From Candidatus Woesearchaeota archaeon (GTDB lineage Archaea; Nanobdellota; Nanobdellia; Woesearchaeales; WJKL01), in the NCBI GenBank assembly GCA_014729675.1, contig WJJM01000044.1, positions 1-53,428 of the forward strand: DNA of 53,428 nucleotides. Reading direction: 5' to 3'. A program made the translations under genes and the position numbers. Positions 9,044-17,686 of this stretch are shown one piece after another. The notes beneath the pieces are model-generated. The model searched no databases. It saw only the letters and a list, made by a program, of their open reading frames with translations, and was not told the DNA's origin. How positions within the stretch are numbered: the stretch's first letter is position 1; every line of letters starts with the position of its first letter.

Positions 9044-9918
9044 ATTTCCACCCTTTGATTTTTTAGAACTGTAAAATTATTTGCAAATAAAATTCCCTGA
9101 TAAATAAGATATAATATTGCAAGAACAATAGGCACAAATACTATCTCCTCCCTTGTTCTGCTGGCTATAATTCCAAACAAAAATATCAGGGTAGCTATCT
9201 TATTCAGCCTGTATCCATGTGCAAACTTTTTTTCCCTCAGAAGTCGGAATACAAATATTCTCAGGATAAAAAGGAACATAAGTACAGCCAAAAACACATC
9301 TCCAAGATCGAACAAAAAATAAGCAAAAAACATCGAGATAAAATAAGATTCAAGCAGCATCTCTGTTATGCTCCTTCCATTCTTCTTCATAGTCATCAGA
9401 GTATGATATCCAAGCATCTCATCCTTCTTAAAATTGTTAAGGTTTTTCAACGGAATGGCAAGCCACATATTAACAAACAGGAATCCTGCAAGCTTTAACG
9501 AAAGCCAGATATCCAGACCAAGCAAAAAGGAAGAGCTAAGGACAGGCAATGCGCCATGCGTGACAGCAAGCACTGTATTGTCTCCAAATAAGACAAACCT
9601 TGAATATTTATTGTACACAAGTCCAAGAGCGAACCACATAAAAAAAGTAAAGAATAGCACAATATCTTTTAAGGATATTACCAGCCCAGTGATAAAAAGA
9701 AATGCCATTATCTGGTTTGCATGTTTAACATCATAATCATTGTCAACCTTTGCATTGTAAAGACCGCCTATAGTATAAGCTATCACGCAAAGCAGAACAA
9801 GGAGATAAACAGAAGCATTGATCTTGCCTGTAAATGCTGCAGGGATAAATATCATCAGAACTGCAAAAAAGGACCTTTCTATCCTCATAGCTTTTATCGT
9901 CTGGACCATGCTGTTCAT
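9040..9918 (-). CDS. UbiA-family aromatic/isoprenoid prenyltransferase (polytopic membrane protein)
   Basis: About 8 hydrophobic helices. Asp-rich loop YNAKVDNDYD. 4-nt ATGA overlap with the downstream methyltransferase. Confidence 0.65.
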   Translation of the reverse strand: MNSMVQTIKAMRIERSFFAVLMIFIPAAFTGKINASVYLLVLLCVIAYTIGGLYNAKVDNDYDVKHANQIMAFLFITGLVISLKDIVLFFTFFMWFALGLVYNKYSRFVLFGDNTVLAVTHGALPVLSSSFLLGLDIWLSLKLAGFLFVNMWLAIPLKNLNNFKKDEMLGYHTLMTMKKNGRSITEMLLESYFISMFFAYFLFDLGDVFLAVLMFLFILRIFVFRLLREKKFAHGYRLNKIATLIFLFGIIASRTREEIVFVPIVLAILYLIYQGILFANNFTVLKNQRVEM

Positions 9919-10055
9919 AATAATATATTCTTTCAGGGATTATTAGAAATTTATCCTGAAATCTTATCCATCATCTTTTTCTGTTATCCTGTATCACAGA
10001 ATCATATCCAGTTTTTTGAATTAATCTTAAATGAACAAAGCCATCTTAAAAAGAT

Positions 10056-10517
10056 ATGAACAATTATCTAAATACAATAATCCTGGAAACAGATAAGCAT
10101 ACAAGATTTTATGACATTACTGATAATGTGACAGATGCGGTTAGGGATTCAGGCATCAAAGAGGGGCATATAGTTATCCAGCCAGCTCACACTACAACTG
10201 GGGTATTTGTAAACGAAAACGAGGAGTATCTTCTAGATGACCTTATGCTGCATCTTGACAAAAAAGCTCCTCAGCGAAAAGGAGGATATCTTCATGATAA
10301 TATTGCAGAAAGAGACTGCCCTGATGATGAGCCTGAAAACGCCCACAGCCACATCAAGGCTGCATTATATTCAAACTCCTCCCTGTCATTGATATTAAGC
10401 GGCAGCCGATTGCAGCTTGGAAAATATCAAAGGGTGTTTTTTGCAGAATTTGACGGCCCCTGCCCTAGAAAGCACAAGAACAAAAGAAGATGCCTTGTAA
10501 GCATATTGGGGGAATGA
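10056..10517 (+). CDS. YjbQ/UPF0047 family protein (secondary thiamine-phosphate synthase-like)
   Basis: IVIQPAHTTTGVFVNENEE...D and HSHIKAAL are family hallmarks. Confidence 0.7.
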   Translation: MNNYLNTIILETDKHTRFYDITDNVTDAVRDSGIKEGHIVIQPAHTTTGVFVNENEEYLLDDLMLHLDKKAPQRKGGYLHDNIAERDCPDDEPENAHSHIKAALYSNSSLSLILSGSRLQLGKYQRVFFAEFDGPCPRKHKNKRRCLVSILGE

Positions 10518-10518
10518 G

Positions 10519-11619
10519 ATGAATCATATCAAGATATGTGACACTACATTAAGGGATGGAGAACAGATGCCTGGCGTTGCATTCAGCAAAAGGCAAAAGA
10601 TAGATCTTGCAGGAGATATTGCAAGGTTTGGCATAGACATGATAGAGCTTATGCCTGCTGTGTCTGAAACAGAGAAAGAGACAGCAGAATATCTTGTTAA
10701 TCATGGTTTTAAAAGCAGGATAACTGCATCGACTATGTCCAAAAAAGAGCACATAGACCTTGCCGAAGACATCGGCATCAGGAACATAACATTATTTACA
10801 TCAATGTCAGACATACACCTGCAAAAAAAACTTGGTACAACAAGAGAAAAAAACCTTGAAAAGAGTATAAGATTTATAGAGTATGCAAGGGAGCTCGGAT
10901 TGAATGTGAGCTTTGCAGGGGAAGATTCTACAAGGGCAAACACAAGTTATCTGATTAATTTTATAAAAAGCTTGGAAGGAAAGATAGATTATTTCCTGCC
11001 ATGCGATACATTAGGTATCTTCACGCCAAATCAGACTTATGAGATGATAAAAAAGATAAAATCAGAGACAAGCTGCAGCATAGGTCTGCATATCCATAAC
11101 GATCTTGGCCAGGCAGCAGCAAATACATTAGCAGGGATTGCAGCAGGAGCAGACATGTTCTCAGGAACATTCAACGGCATAGGAGAAAGAGCAGGCAATG
11201 CGCCTATAGAAGAAGTTATAACAGCATTAAAATACCAATACAATAATTCCCTTCCTGTTAAATATGAGTTCATAGCAGAGATATGCAGCAAAGTAGAAAG
11301 ATATTCTGGGATTTTCCTTCAAAAGCACAAGCCTATAAGCGGCAAAAACGCATTCTCACACGAATCAGGAGTTCATATAGACGGAATCCTAAAATGCCCT
11401 GAAAATTATGAACATTTCAGCCCTTCATCGATAGGAAGAAAGAGAAGGTTTTTATTTGGAAAACATTCAGGAATGAAGAGCCTGAAATACGCGCTGGACA
11501 ACGGCTATACTGATAAAGAATACAGGACTATGCTGGCTGAGATAAAATCAACATCTGAACTTGAAAAAAGATCGTTTTCAGAACAAGAAATAAGAAGGAG
11601 GTACTGCCAAGATGTTTAA
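10519..11619 (+). CDS. DRE-TIM metallolyase of the homocitrate / citramalate / isopropylmalate synthase type (no regulatory domain)
   Basis: ICDTTLRDGEQ and GLHIHNDLGQAAANTLAG motifs. At 366 aa it has the catalytic barrel and subdomain only. Confidence 0.75.
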   Translation: MNHIKICDTTLRDGEQMPGVAFSKRQKIDLAGDIARFGIDMIELMPAVSETEKETAEYLVNHGFKSRITASTMSKKEHIDLAEDIGIRNITLFTSMSDIHLQKKLGTTREKNLEKSIRFIEYARELGLNVSFAGEDSTRANTSYLINFIKSLEGKIDYFLPCDTLGIFTPNQTYEMIKKIKSETSCSIGLHIHNDLGQAAANTLAGIAAGADMFSGTFNGIGERAGNAPIEEVITALKYQYNNSLPVKYEFIAEICSKVERYSGIFLQKHKPISGKNAFSHESGVHIDGILKCPENYEHFSPSSIGRKRRFLFGKHSGMKSLKYALDNGYTDKEYRTMLAEIKSTSELEKRSFSEQEIRRRYCQDV

Positions 11620-12640
11620 AGATTATCTTGAATCAAGAAAAGGATACATCAACAGGAAGATAGACTCGTTTCTGCCTGAGAAGATATCTTTGGAGTGGCT
11701 TAATGAGAATATAGGCGGAAATGATTATGATGAAGAGTCAATATCAAGCATGCTGCTGCCGGCAAAAGAGCTTATTAAAAGAGGAGGAAAAAGGTGGAGG
11801 CCTGCCCTCATGCTCCTCTGCTGCAAGGCAGTCAACGGAGGCTCAAAGATACAGGACCTTGTCCCCCTTGTAGAAATAATACACAACGGTACACTTATGA
11901 TAGACGACGTAGAGGACAATTCTGATAAGAGAAGAGGCAAAGAGAGCATACATAGGATTTTCGGGACAGATACAGCGATAAACACAGGAAATCTTATGTA
12001 CTATCTCCCTTACATCATTCTTAAGAAGATAGACGTCGACAAGAAACTGAAACTGGAGATGCACGAGATTATAGCAGAAGAGATGCTGAAGCTTCATCTC
12101 GGTCAGGGTATGGACATCTTCTGGCACAACAATAGCAGGATTCCAGATGAACAGGCCTATCTGCAGATGTGTGCTTTCAAGACAGGCACGCTTGCAAGGA
12201 TGTCAGCAAAATTAGGGGCATCGTTCGGGGATGCAGGCAAGAAACAAAAAGATGCTCTTGGGAACTTTGCTGAATCCATAGGCATAGCGTTCCAGATACA
12301 AGATGATATACTCAATATTTCCGGCAGGCTTGGTAAGGAATACGGGGATGACATAAGCGAAGGAAAAAAGACGCTCATGGTCATAAAGGCTGCAGAAAAA
12401 GCAACTCCTGAAGACATGAAAAGACTTCTTGATATCCTGAGCATGAAGACAAAAGATCCTGGATTGATACAGGAAGCAGTGGACATATTAAACAAGTACC
12501 ATACTGTGCAGTACGCAAGATCCCGTGCAAAAGAAATAGTCCGGGATGCATGGAGATCTTTAAGCCCCTTGATAAAAGAATCAGATTCCAAGAAAAAGCT
12601 GAAGATGTTTGCAGATTTTCTTGTTGAGAGGGAAATATGA
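11612..12640 (+). CDS. idsA: Polyprenyl (geranylgeranyl) diphosphate synthase
   Basis: First Asp-rich motif LMIDDVEDNSDKRRG and second Asp-rich motif FQIQDDILN. 8-nt overlap with the upstream gene. Confidence 0.8.
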   Translation: MFKDYLESRKGYINRKIDSFLPEKISLEWLNENIGGNDYDEESISSMLLPAKELIKRGGKRWRPALMLLCCKAVNGGSKIQDLVPLVEIIHNGTLMIDDVEDNSDKRRGKESIHRIFGTDTAINTGNLMYYLPYIILKKIDVDKKLKLEMHEIIAEEMLKLHLGQGMDIFWHNNSRIPDEQAYLQMCAFKTGTLARMSAKLGASFGDAGKKQKDALGNFAESIGIAFQIQDDILNISGRLGKEYGDDISEGKKTLMVIKAAEKATPEDMKRLLDILSMKTKDPGLIQEAVDILNKYHTVQYARSRAKEIVRDAWRSLSPLIKESDSKKKLKMFADFLVEREI

Positions 12641-13002
12641 TTCTTGAAGACATATTAGGCAATAAAGAAGATAAAAAAACTCTTAAAGAGGTTATGCATA
12701 TCTGCAGAACAGATTCTATCTGGGACATTATTGATGTTTACTGCTGCGTGATGCTTAATGAACAGGCGATCAAAGAAAGAAGGTCAGACAATTGTCCAGG
12801 CAAAAAAGGAGACAAGATCATATTGTTCCCAAAGCTTAGGAAGATCAGGGCATTGTATGAAATTTCAGATAAGCCCTCACATTTTTTTGAAAACCCATAT
12901 GCTGCAAAACATGGACTGACACAAGAAGGATTTAAGAATTTCCTAAGGCAATTTAAATATGATTATGAATCATATAATAAAAAAGACAGACTTCTAGACT
13001 AA
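12637..13002 (+). CDS. Hypothetical protein (121 aa), last gene of the YjbQ-synthase-GGPPS operon
   Basis: ATGA overlap with the GGPPS stop. No recognisable motif. Confidence 0.5.
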   Translation: MILEDILGNKEDKKTLKEVMHICRTDSIWDIIDVYCCVMLNEQAIKERRSDNCPGKKGDKIILFPKLRKIRALYEISDKPSHFFENPYAAKHGLTQEGFKNFLRQFKYDYESYNKKDRLLD

Positions 13003-13214
13003 CCAGGATAAAAAAACCTATCTATTTATCCATTTTTTATCAATGTTATCTATCTTTTAGAGTAAGGTTTATAAATATATTTACCCTATATCACATTAGA
13101 GAATTATCTCCTAAAAGTGGAATAATAAAATTACCCTTGGGTGAAACACCAAAAAAAGATATATGATTCACTCAATTTCCCAAAGAACAATATTATTTTT
13201 TGGGGGCGATAGAT

Positions 13215-14003
13215 ATGTTATCAACTAAGAAAATGATAACTCCTTTACTGGAGTTAGGGCTGAACAAATACGAGGCAAAAGTATACCTCACTTTAATAGG
13301 AGAAGGCATCTCCACAGCAAAAAATATCTCAGACATAACAGGAATACCTTATGGAAAGGTATATGAGATAATAAACAGCTTGGCAGGAAAAGGATTCTGC
13401 AAGATCCTTCCTTCAAAACCTATGAAATGCCAGGCCATCTCTCCAAAACAAGCCATAGATAAGGCCAAAGAGAGCATGGAACAAAAATATAAGTCTCTCG
13501 AAAAGCATGTCCTTGAAGAGCTTGAGCCGATGTTTACAGAATCCAAGAAATTCATAGAGCCAAAAGGCGTTTTCTGGATAATCAACGGCCGAGCAAATGT
13601 TGTTAAGAAAATAGACGAGCTTATACAAAAAGCAGAGAAGAACATAAATATACACTGTTCGCCTAACAGCCTCTCAAGGCTTATCCTCCACAAGGACCTG
13701 CTGAAAGAGGCAAAAGCAAGAGGAGTAGAGATATCGATTGCAGGAGTGATAGATAAAAAAGAGCTTCAGGAAGAGATAAAGAAACTGGATTTTTGCGACA
13801 TAAGAAAAGCAAAGACTGCAGAAAACAATCTTATATCCATAGACAACAAAGAAAGCCTTGTAGTAGAGCCCATCCCTGACGATGACAATATAATGTATGG
13901 GCGAGATCTTGGTATGCTGGTGTCTTCCTCTTCATTCACAAGATTTATAGACGAGTTCTTCACTCTGAATTTCAAGAAGGCAAGAAAACTATCGATGGAT
14001 TGA
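13215..14003 (+). CDS. TrmB-family transcription regulator (copy 1)
   Basis: LGLNKYEAKVYLTLIGEGISTAKNISDITGIPYGKVYEIINSLAGKGF winged HTH plus a TrmB-type C-terminal domain. ATG at 13215 is preferred over TTG at 13200. Confidence 0.8.
   Translation: MLSTKKMITPLLELGLNKYEAKVYLTLIGEGISTAKNISDITGIPYGKVYEIINSLAGKGFCKILPSKPMKCQAISPKQAIDKAKESMEQKYKSLEKHVLEELEPMFTESKKFIEPKGVFWIINGRANVVKKIDELIQKAEKNINIHCSPNSLSRLILHKDLLKEAKARGVEISIAGVIDKKELQEEIKKLDFCDIRKAKTAENNLISIDNKESLVVEPIPDDDNIMYGRDLGMLVSSSSFTRFIDEFFTLNFKKARKLSMD
13302..13377 (+). repeat. 76-nt tract 75/76 identical to 14178-14253 (inside the two TrmB genes)
   Basis: gaaggcatctccacagcaaaaaatatctcagacataacaggaataccttatggaaaggt[a/c]tatgagataataaaca. 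Flanking codons are diverged at the nucleotide level. Confidence 0.9.
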
Positions 14004-14093
14004 TTTTTTCTTTTCCTCTTTTAAGAGGTAATATGCTGTTCTTATTTTATCATATAAAAAAATGATATATATCCTGCTTAGTACAGCATTGGC

Positions 14094-14876
14094 ATGGATA
14101 CTTCAAGCACACTAAAGCCCCTTGAAGAAATGGGATTAAGCAAATACGAATCAAAGATATATCTTACTTTGATCAGCGAAGGCATCTCCACAGCAAAAAA
14201 TATCTCAGACATAACAGGAATACCTTATGGAAAGGTCTATGAGATAATAAACACGCTTTCTCAAAAGGGATTTGCCATGGTCCTGCCTTCTAAGCCAATG
14301 AAGTACAGCGCCGTATCCCCTCAGCAGTCCATAGCCAATGCAAGAAAAGAAGCTAGGAAGAGATTTGAGAAGATAGAATCCAGCCTGTTAAGGCAGCTTG
14401 AGCCGATATTTGCCAAAAACAAGAACTTTGCAGGCTCAAAAAGCAGTTTTCTGGTGATCAACGGAAGGTCAAACATTGTCAGAAGGACAGAAGAGATGAT
14501 AAAAAAGGCAAAGAAAAACATAAATATACAGTGCAGCGCAAATTCCCTGTCAAGGCTGATAATCCATAAAGAGGCATTAAAAGAAGCTGCAGATAATGGC
14601 GTGGAAATCTCGATAGCAGGGATAACAGGCAGTGAAAATGCAGAAGAGGTATCATCTCTGGGCTTTTGCAGGTTGAAACACATCGAGTCAGCCAAAAGCA
14701 ACCTGATATCTATAGATGGAAAAGAAAGCCTTATAACCAGCCCTTCTCCTGATGATGACAACATACTTTACGGAAGAGACTTAGGAATATCAGCTGCAAG
14801 CAGCTCTTTCACAAGATTCATAGATAATTTCTTTGAGATAAATTTTAAAAAAGCAAAGGAGATAAGATATAAATGA
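14094..14876 (+). CDS. TrmB-family transcription regulator (copy 2, tandem paralog)
   Basis: MGLSKYESKIYLTLISEGISTAKNISDITGIPYGKVYEIINTLSQKGF. Collinear with copy 1 over its whole length. Confidence 0.8.
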   Translation: MDTSSTLKPLEEMGLSKYESKIYLTLISEGISTAKNISDITGIPYGKVYEIINTLSQKGFAMVLPSKPMKYSAVSPQQSIANARKEARKRFEKIESSLLRQLEPIFAKNKNFAGSKSSFLVINGRSNIVRRTEEMIKKAKKNINIQCSANSLSRLIIHKEALKEAADNGVEISIAGITGSENAEEVSSLGFCRLKHIESAKSNLISIDGKESLITSPSPDDDNILYGRDLGISAASSSFTRFIDNFFEINFKKAKEIRYK

Positions 14877-15247
14877 AATACAGGAAAACTGCCCTTAAAA
14901 AAGATAAAAATCTCTGGGAAAGAGCCAAAAAGAAAACAGGCTGCGGCCAGGGAAAAAGACATTCTGCAAGAGCCTGCCAATTGGCTGTGAGGCTTTACAA
15001 GAAACTTGGAGGGAAATACAAGGGAAAGAAGACCAAGACAAGCCTTTCAAAATGGACAGACGAGAGGTGGGATTATACTGGCAAGCCGAAAAAATCAAGA
15101 TATCTTCCTGAAAAGGCCAGGAAAAAACTCACTAAAGAAGAAAAAGCCGCAACAAACAGGGTTAAAAACAAGGGCACTAAAAAAGGGAAGAAGTATGTCC
15201 CTTATTCTGAAAAGATAAAAAAGATAGTTAGAAAGGCTACAAGATGA
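14873..15247 (+). CDS. Highly basic small protein (124 aa)
   Basis: ATGA overlap with the TrmB-2 stop. HSARACQLAVRLYKKLGGKYKGKK....LSKWTDERW resembles, from memory, a small conserved domain seen in viral and bacterial hypothetical proteins. Unverified. Confidence 0.5.
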   Translation: MKYRKTALKKDKNLWERAKKKTGCGQGKRHSARACQLAVRLYKKLGGKYKGKKTKTSLSKWTDERWDYTGKPKKSRYLPEKARKKLTKEEKAATNRVKNKGTKKGKKYVPYSEKIKKIVRKATR

Positions 15248-15612
15248 GATACAGCCATATAAACTTCAGACCCCCTGCAGGAGCAAGAAAAGCTGCAAAA
15301 AGAGGACTTGAACTTAGAAAAAAATTCCACAGGGGCGGATTAAGTTCTAAAAAAGCAGGAAAATTGGGAATAGGCTCTGGCATAGTTCGGGCTGTAAATA
15401 TTTCTAAAGGCTCCAAGATATCCCCTGATACAGTAAGGCGCATGAAAAACTATTTTACAAGACACCAAAAAGATAAAAGGCCTGGCTGGGGCAATCCAGG
15501 GAATCCTACAAACGGATATATAGCCTGGATGTTGTGGGGAGGGGACCCAGGATTTGCATGGGCCAAAAAGATAGTCAAACAGATGGAAAATGAGGATAAA
15601 AGGTCCAGATAG
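15244..15612 (+). CDS. Basic small protein (122 aa)
   Basis: ATGA overlap with the previous gene. PPAGARKAAKRGLELRKKF.RGG...G..RA..ISKG..ISPDTVRRMKNYFTRH...GYIAWMLWGGDPGFAWAKK resembles a domain I recall from phage and prophage proteins. Unverified. Confidence 0.5.
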   Translation: MRYSHINFRPPAGARKAAKRGLELRKKFHRGGLSSKKAGKLGIGSGIVRAVNISKGSKISPDTVRRMKNYFTRHQKDKRPGWGNPGNPTNGYIAWMLWGGDPGFAWAKKIVKQMENEDKRSR

Positions 15613-15731
15613 CCCATTAATCCCTCTATAACCCTGATGCAGATCTGATTGTTATCCGAAAAGGGATAATAATATTCTTTCAGCCTGCAAAATAAAAAAA
15701 TAATATAACAGACCCCTCGTTGATATATTGC

Positions 15732-16949
15732 ATGTATCTGAAGACAGGAATCCCAAAACTAGATGAACTATTAGATGGAGGCATTGCAAGGAACAAGAGC
15801 ATATTATTCTATTCTTCTCCCGGAGTCGAGAATCTTCCCTTTGCATATCAGCTTCTGCTCAACAGGCTTGAGCAGGGAGATCACGTGATATACATGGTCA
15901 ACAATAAAAAGCCTGAATCAGTAAGATATATGATAAAGAACATAGGATGGGACGTTTCTGAATTTGAGAAAAAGGACAAATTCGCTTTCTTGGATGTATA
16001 CTCAGGATTGTTGGGTGAAAAGAGCAAGGAGAAATTTTCAGTTAGCGACACAGCAAATATTGATAAGATTCAGGAAGAGCTTATAAATGCATTGAGACAG
16101 TATAAAAACAAAAATACGATTGTTATATTTGACTCCTTGTCCAATCTGCTTGATATATGCGGCACTCCTGAAGACATAATAGCCTGCCTGCATGAATGCA
16201 TGCCCGACATAAAAAGATTTAATGCAACTCCTATCTTTCTTTTTACAGCATGGGCATATGATAAGAAAACTCTTGATAAGATAAGAACATCATTCGACTG
16301 CATTATCGACTTAAAAGCTATAGAAAGAAAAATCATATTAAGAAACTATTTTAATGTCTCTAAAGCAAGCTGGCTCAGAAAACTCAGGAGAAAGGATATC
16401 CCTTTTAAGATATCAAGACCAGGAGGAGTCAGGGTATATATCCCAAAAATTCTCGTAACAGGCCCATTTAATGCAGGTAAGACAAGCTTTATCCATTCAG
16501 CATCTACATCAGCTGTCTCCGTGGACAGGCTCGGGACCACAGTCGCATTAGACCACGGGCATGTGGATTTTAAAGGCTTCTCTGTAGACCTGTGGGGGAC
16601 TCCCGGCCAGAAAAGGTTTGATCCTATACTTGAGCAGCTTGGAAGCGAATCTTTGGGAGTCATAGTCTTAGTTGACAGCACTTCTCCTGAGGGGTTCGAA
16701 AGGGCAAGGGCCATGTTTGAGCTGACAAAAACCCAGGGGCTGCCGTCCATCGTAGCTGCGAACAAATCCAGCCTTAAGGGGGCAATGAAGCCTGTTGAAA
16801 TAAGGAAAATCATGAAACTGCCAAAAGATATCCCAATAATCCCTGTTTCAGCTGAAAATCCAAAGAAAGCAATGAAAAATCACCCTTGCAAACTTAAACA
16901 AAAAGACGTGGAAAATATTTTGTCAGGGTTATTCGAGATGGTAATATAA
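15732..16949 (+). CDS. Fusion protein: degenerate KaiC/RecA-like domain + small Ras-like/MglA-type (COG2229-like) GTPase domain
   Basis: N-terminal half: GIPKLDELLDGGIARNKSILFYSSPGVENLPFAYQ (GK[ST] of Walker A lost), IVIFDSLSNL. C-terminal half: G1 VTGPFNAGKTS, G2 LGTTVA, G3 DLWGTPGQ, G4-like AANKSS, G5-like VSAE. ATG at 15732 is preferred over TTG at 15720. Confidence 0.7.
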   Translation: MYLKTGIPKLDELLDGGIARNKSILFYSSPGVENLPFAYQLLLNRLEQGDHVIYMVNNKKPESVRYMIKNIGWDVSEFEKKDKFAFLDVYSGLLGEKSKEKFSVSDTANIDKIQEELINALRQYKNKNTIVIFDSLSNLLDICGTPEDIIACLHECMPDIKRFNATPIFLFTAWAYDKKTLDKIRTSFDCIIDLKAIERKIILRNYFNVSKASWLRKLRRKDIPFKISRPGGVRVYIPKILVTGPFNAGKTSFIHSASTSAVSVDRLGTTVALDHGHVDFKGFSVDLWGTPGQKRFDPILEQLGSESLGVIVLVDSTSPEGFERARAMFELTKTQGLPSIVAANKSSLKGAMKPVEIRKIMKLPKDIPIIPVSAENPKKAMKNHPCKLKQKDVENILSGLFEMVI

Positions 16950-16977
16950 TTTCAGAATAAATGAGGAGGTAAAATAA

Positions 16978-17313
16978 ATGGCGTACAAAAATATCAATAC
17001 TGTATTAATATCATTAAGTATGGTATTTATGGCAGTCTCAGCATATTATTCCATAAAAGTAAGCAGGATATTTTCCTATAAAAACAGCTGGTTTTCCTTT
17101 GGAGGAAGACTAAAGACACTATGGAAAACCCTGCCGGCATTCATAATCTTTTTCCTTTTAGGATATATAGCGTATATGGTCGCATACCTAACTGGATCTA
17201 TTGTCAACTACATGCTGCTGACATCCCTGATATTCTTCTCAGGGGCATTATTCGTATTTGCGATAGTATATATAAATTTCAGGACGTTCAGGACAATCAA
17301 CAGGGAAAAATAA
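16978..17313 (+). CDS. Small integral membrane protein (3 predicted helices)
   Basis: Shine-Dalgarno-like GAGGAGG lies 9 nt upstream. Three hydrophobic segments. Stop is 1 nt before the next start. Confidence 0.6.
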   Translation: MAYKNINTVLISLSMVFMAVSAYYSIKVSRIFSYKNSWFSFGGRLKTLWKTLPAFIIFFLLGYIAYMVAYLTGSIVNYMLLTSLIFFSGALFVFAIVYINFRTFRTINREK

Positions 17314-17314
17314 T

Positions 17315-17686
17315 ATGGCTGAAACAAAAAAAAAGAAACTTAGCACAGTACTGCAGAAATTAACTTCAACAGGAGACATAGATGGAGCTGTTGTAATCAC
17401 AAGAGATGGCCTGCTTGTCGCTTCTGAACTTACTGAAAGCATCGATTCAGACACATTAGCAGCTATGGCAGCCACAATGACAGGGGCTGCAGAGACAGCG
17501 ATACAGGAGCTTAAGAAATCATCCCCTGACAGGGTAATTGTCGAATCAAAAAACACAAAGATGATAACTGTCGGCGCAGGAGACGATGCAATCCTAGTGT
17601 GCATCATGAAACCTTCTGCAAAACTTGGAATAATCCTGCTTGAGATGAAGAAAGCTGCTGAAAAAATTGAAAAAGAGGTAAAATAG
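17315..17686 (+). CDS. Roadblock/LC7 (MglB-like) domain protein, copy 1
   Basis: LQKLTSTGDIDGAVVITRDGLLVASEL....DSDTLAAMAATMTGAAETA.......VIVESKNTKMITVGAGDDAILVCI is canonical Roadblock/LC7. Confidence 0.8.
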   Translation: MAETKKKKLSTVLQKLTSTGDIDGAVVITRDGLLVASELTESIDSDTLAAMAATMTGAAETAIQELKKSSPDRVIVESKNTKMITVGAGDDAILVCIMKPSAKLGIILLEMKKAAEKIEKEVK

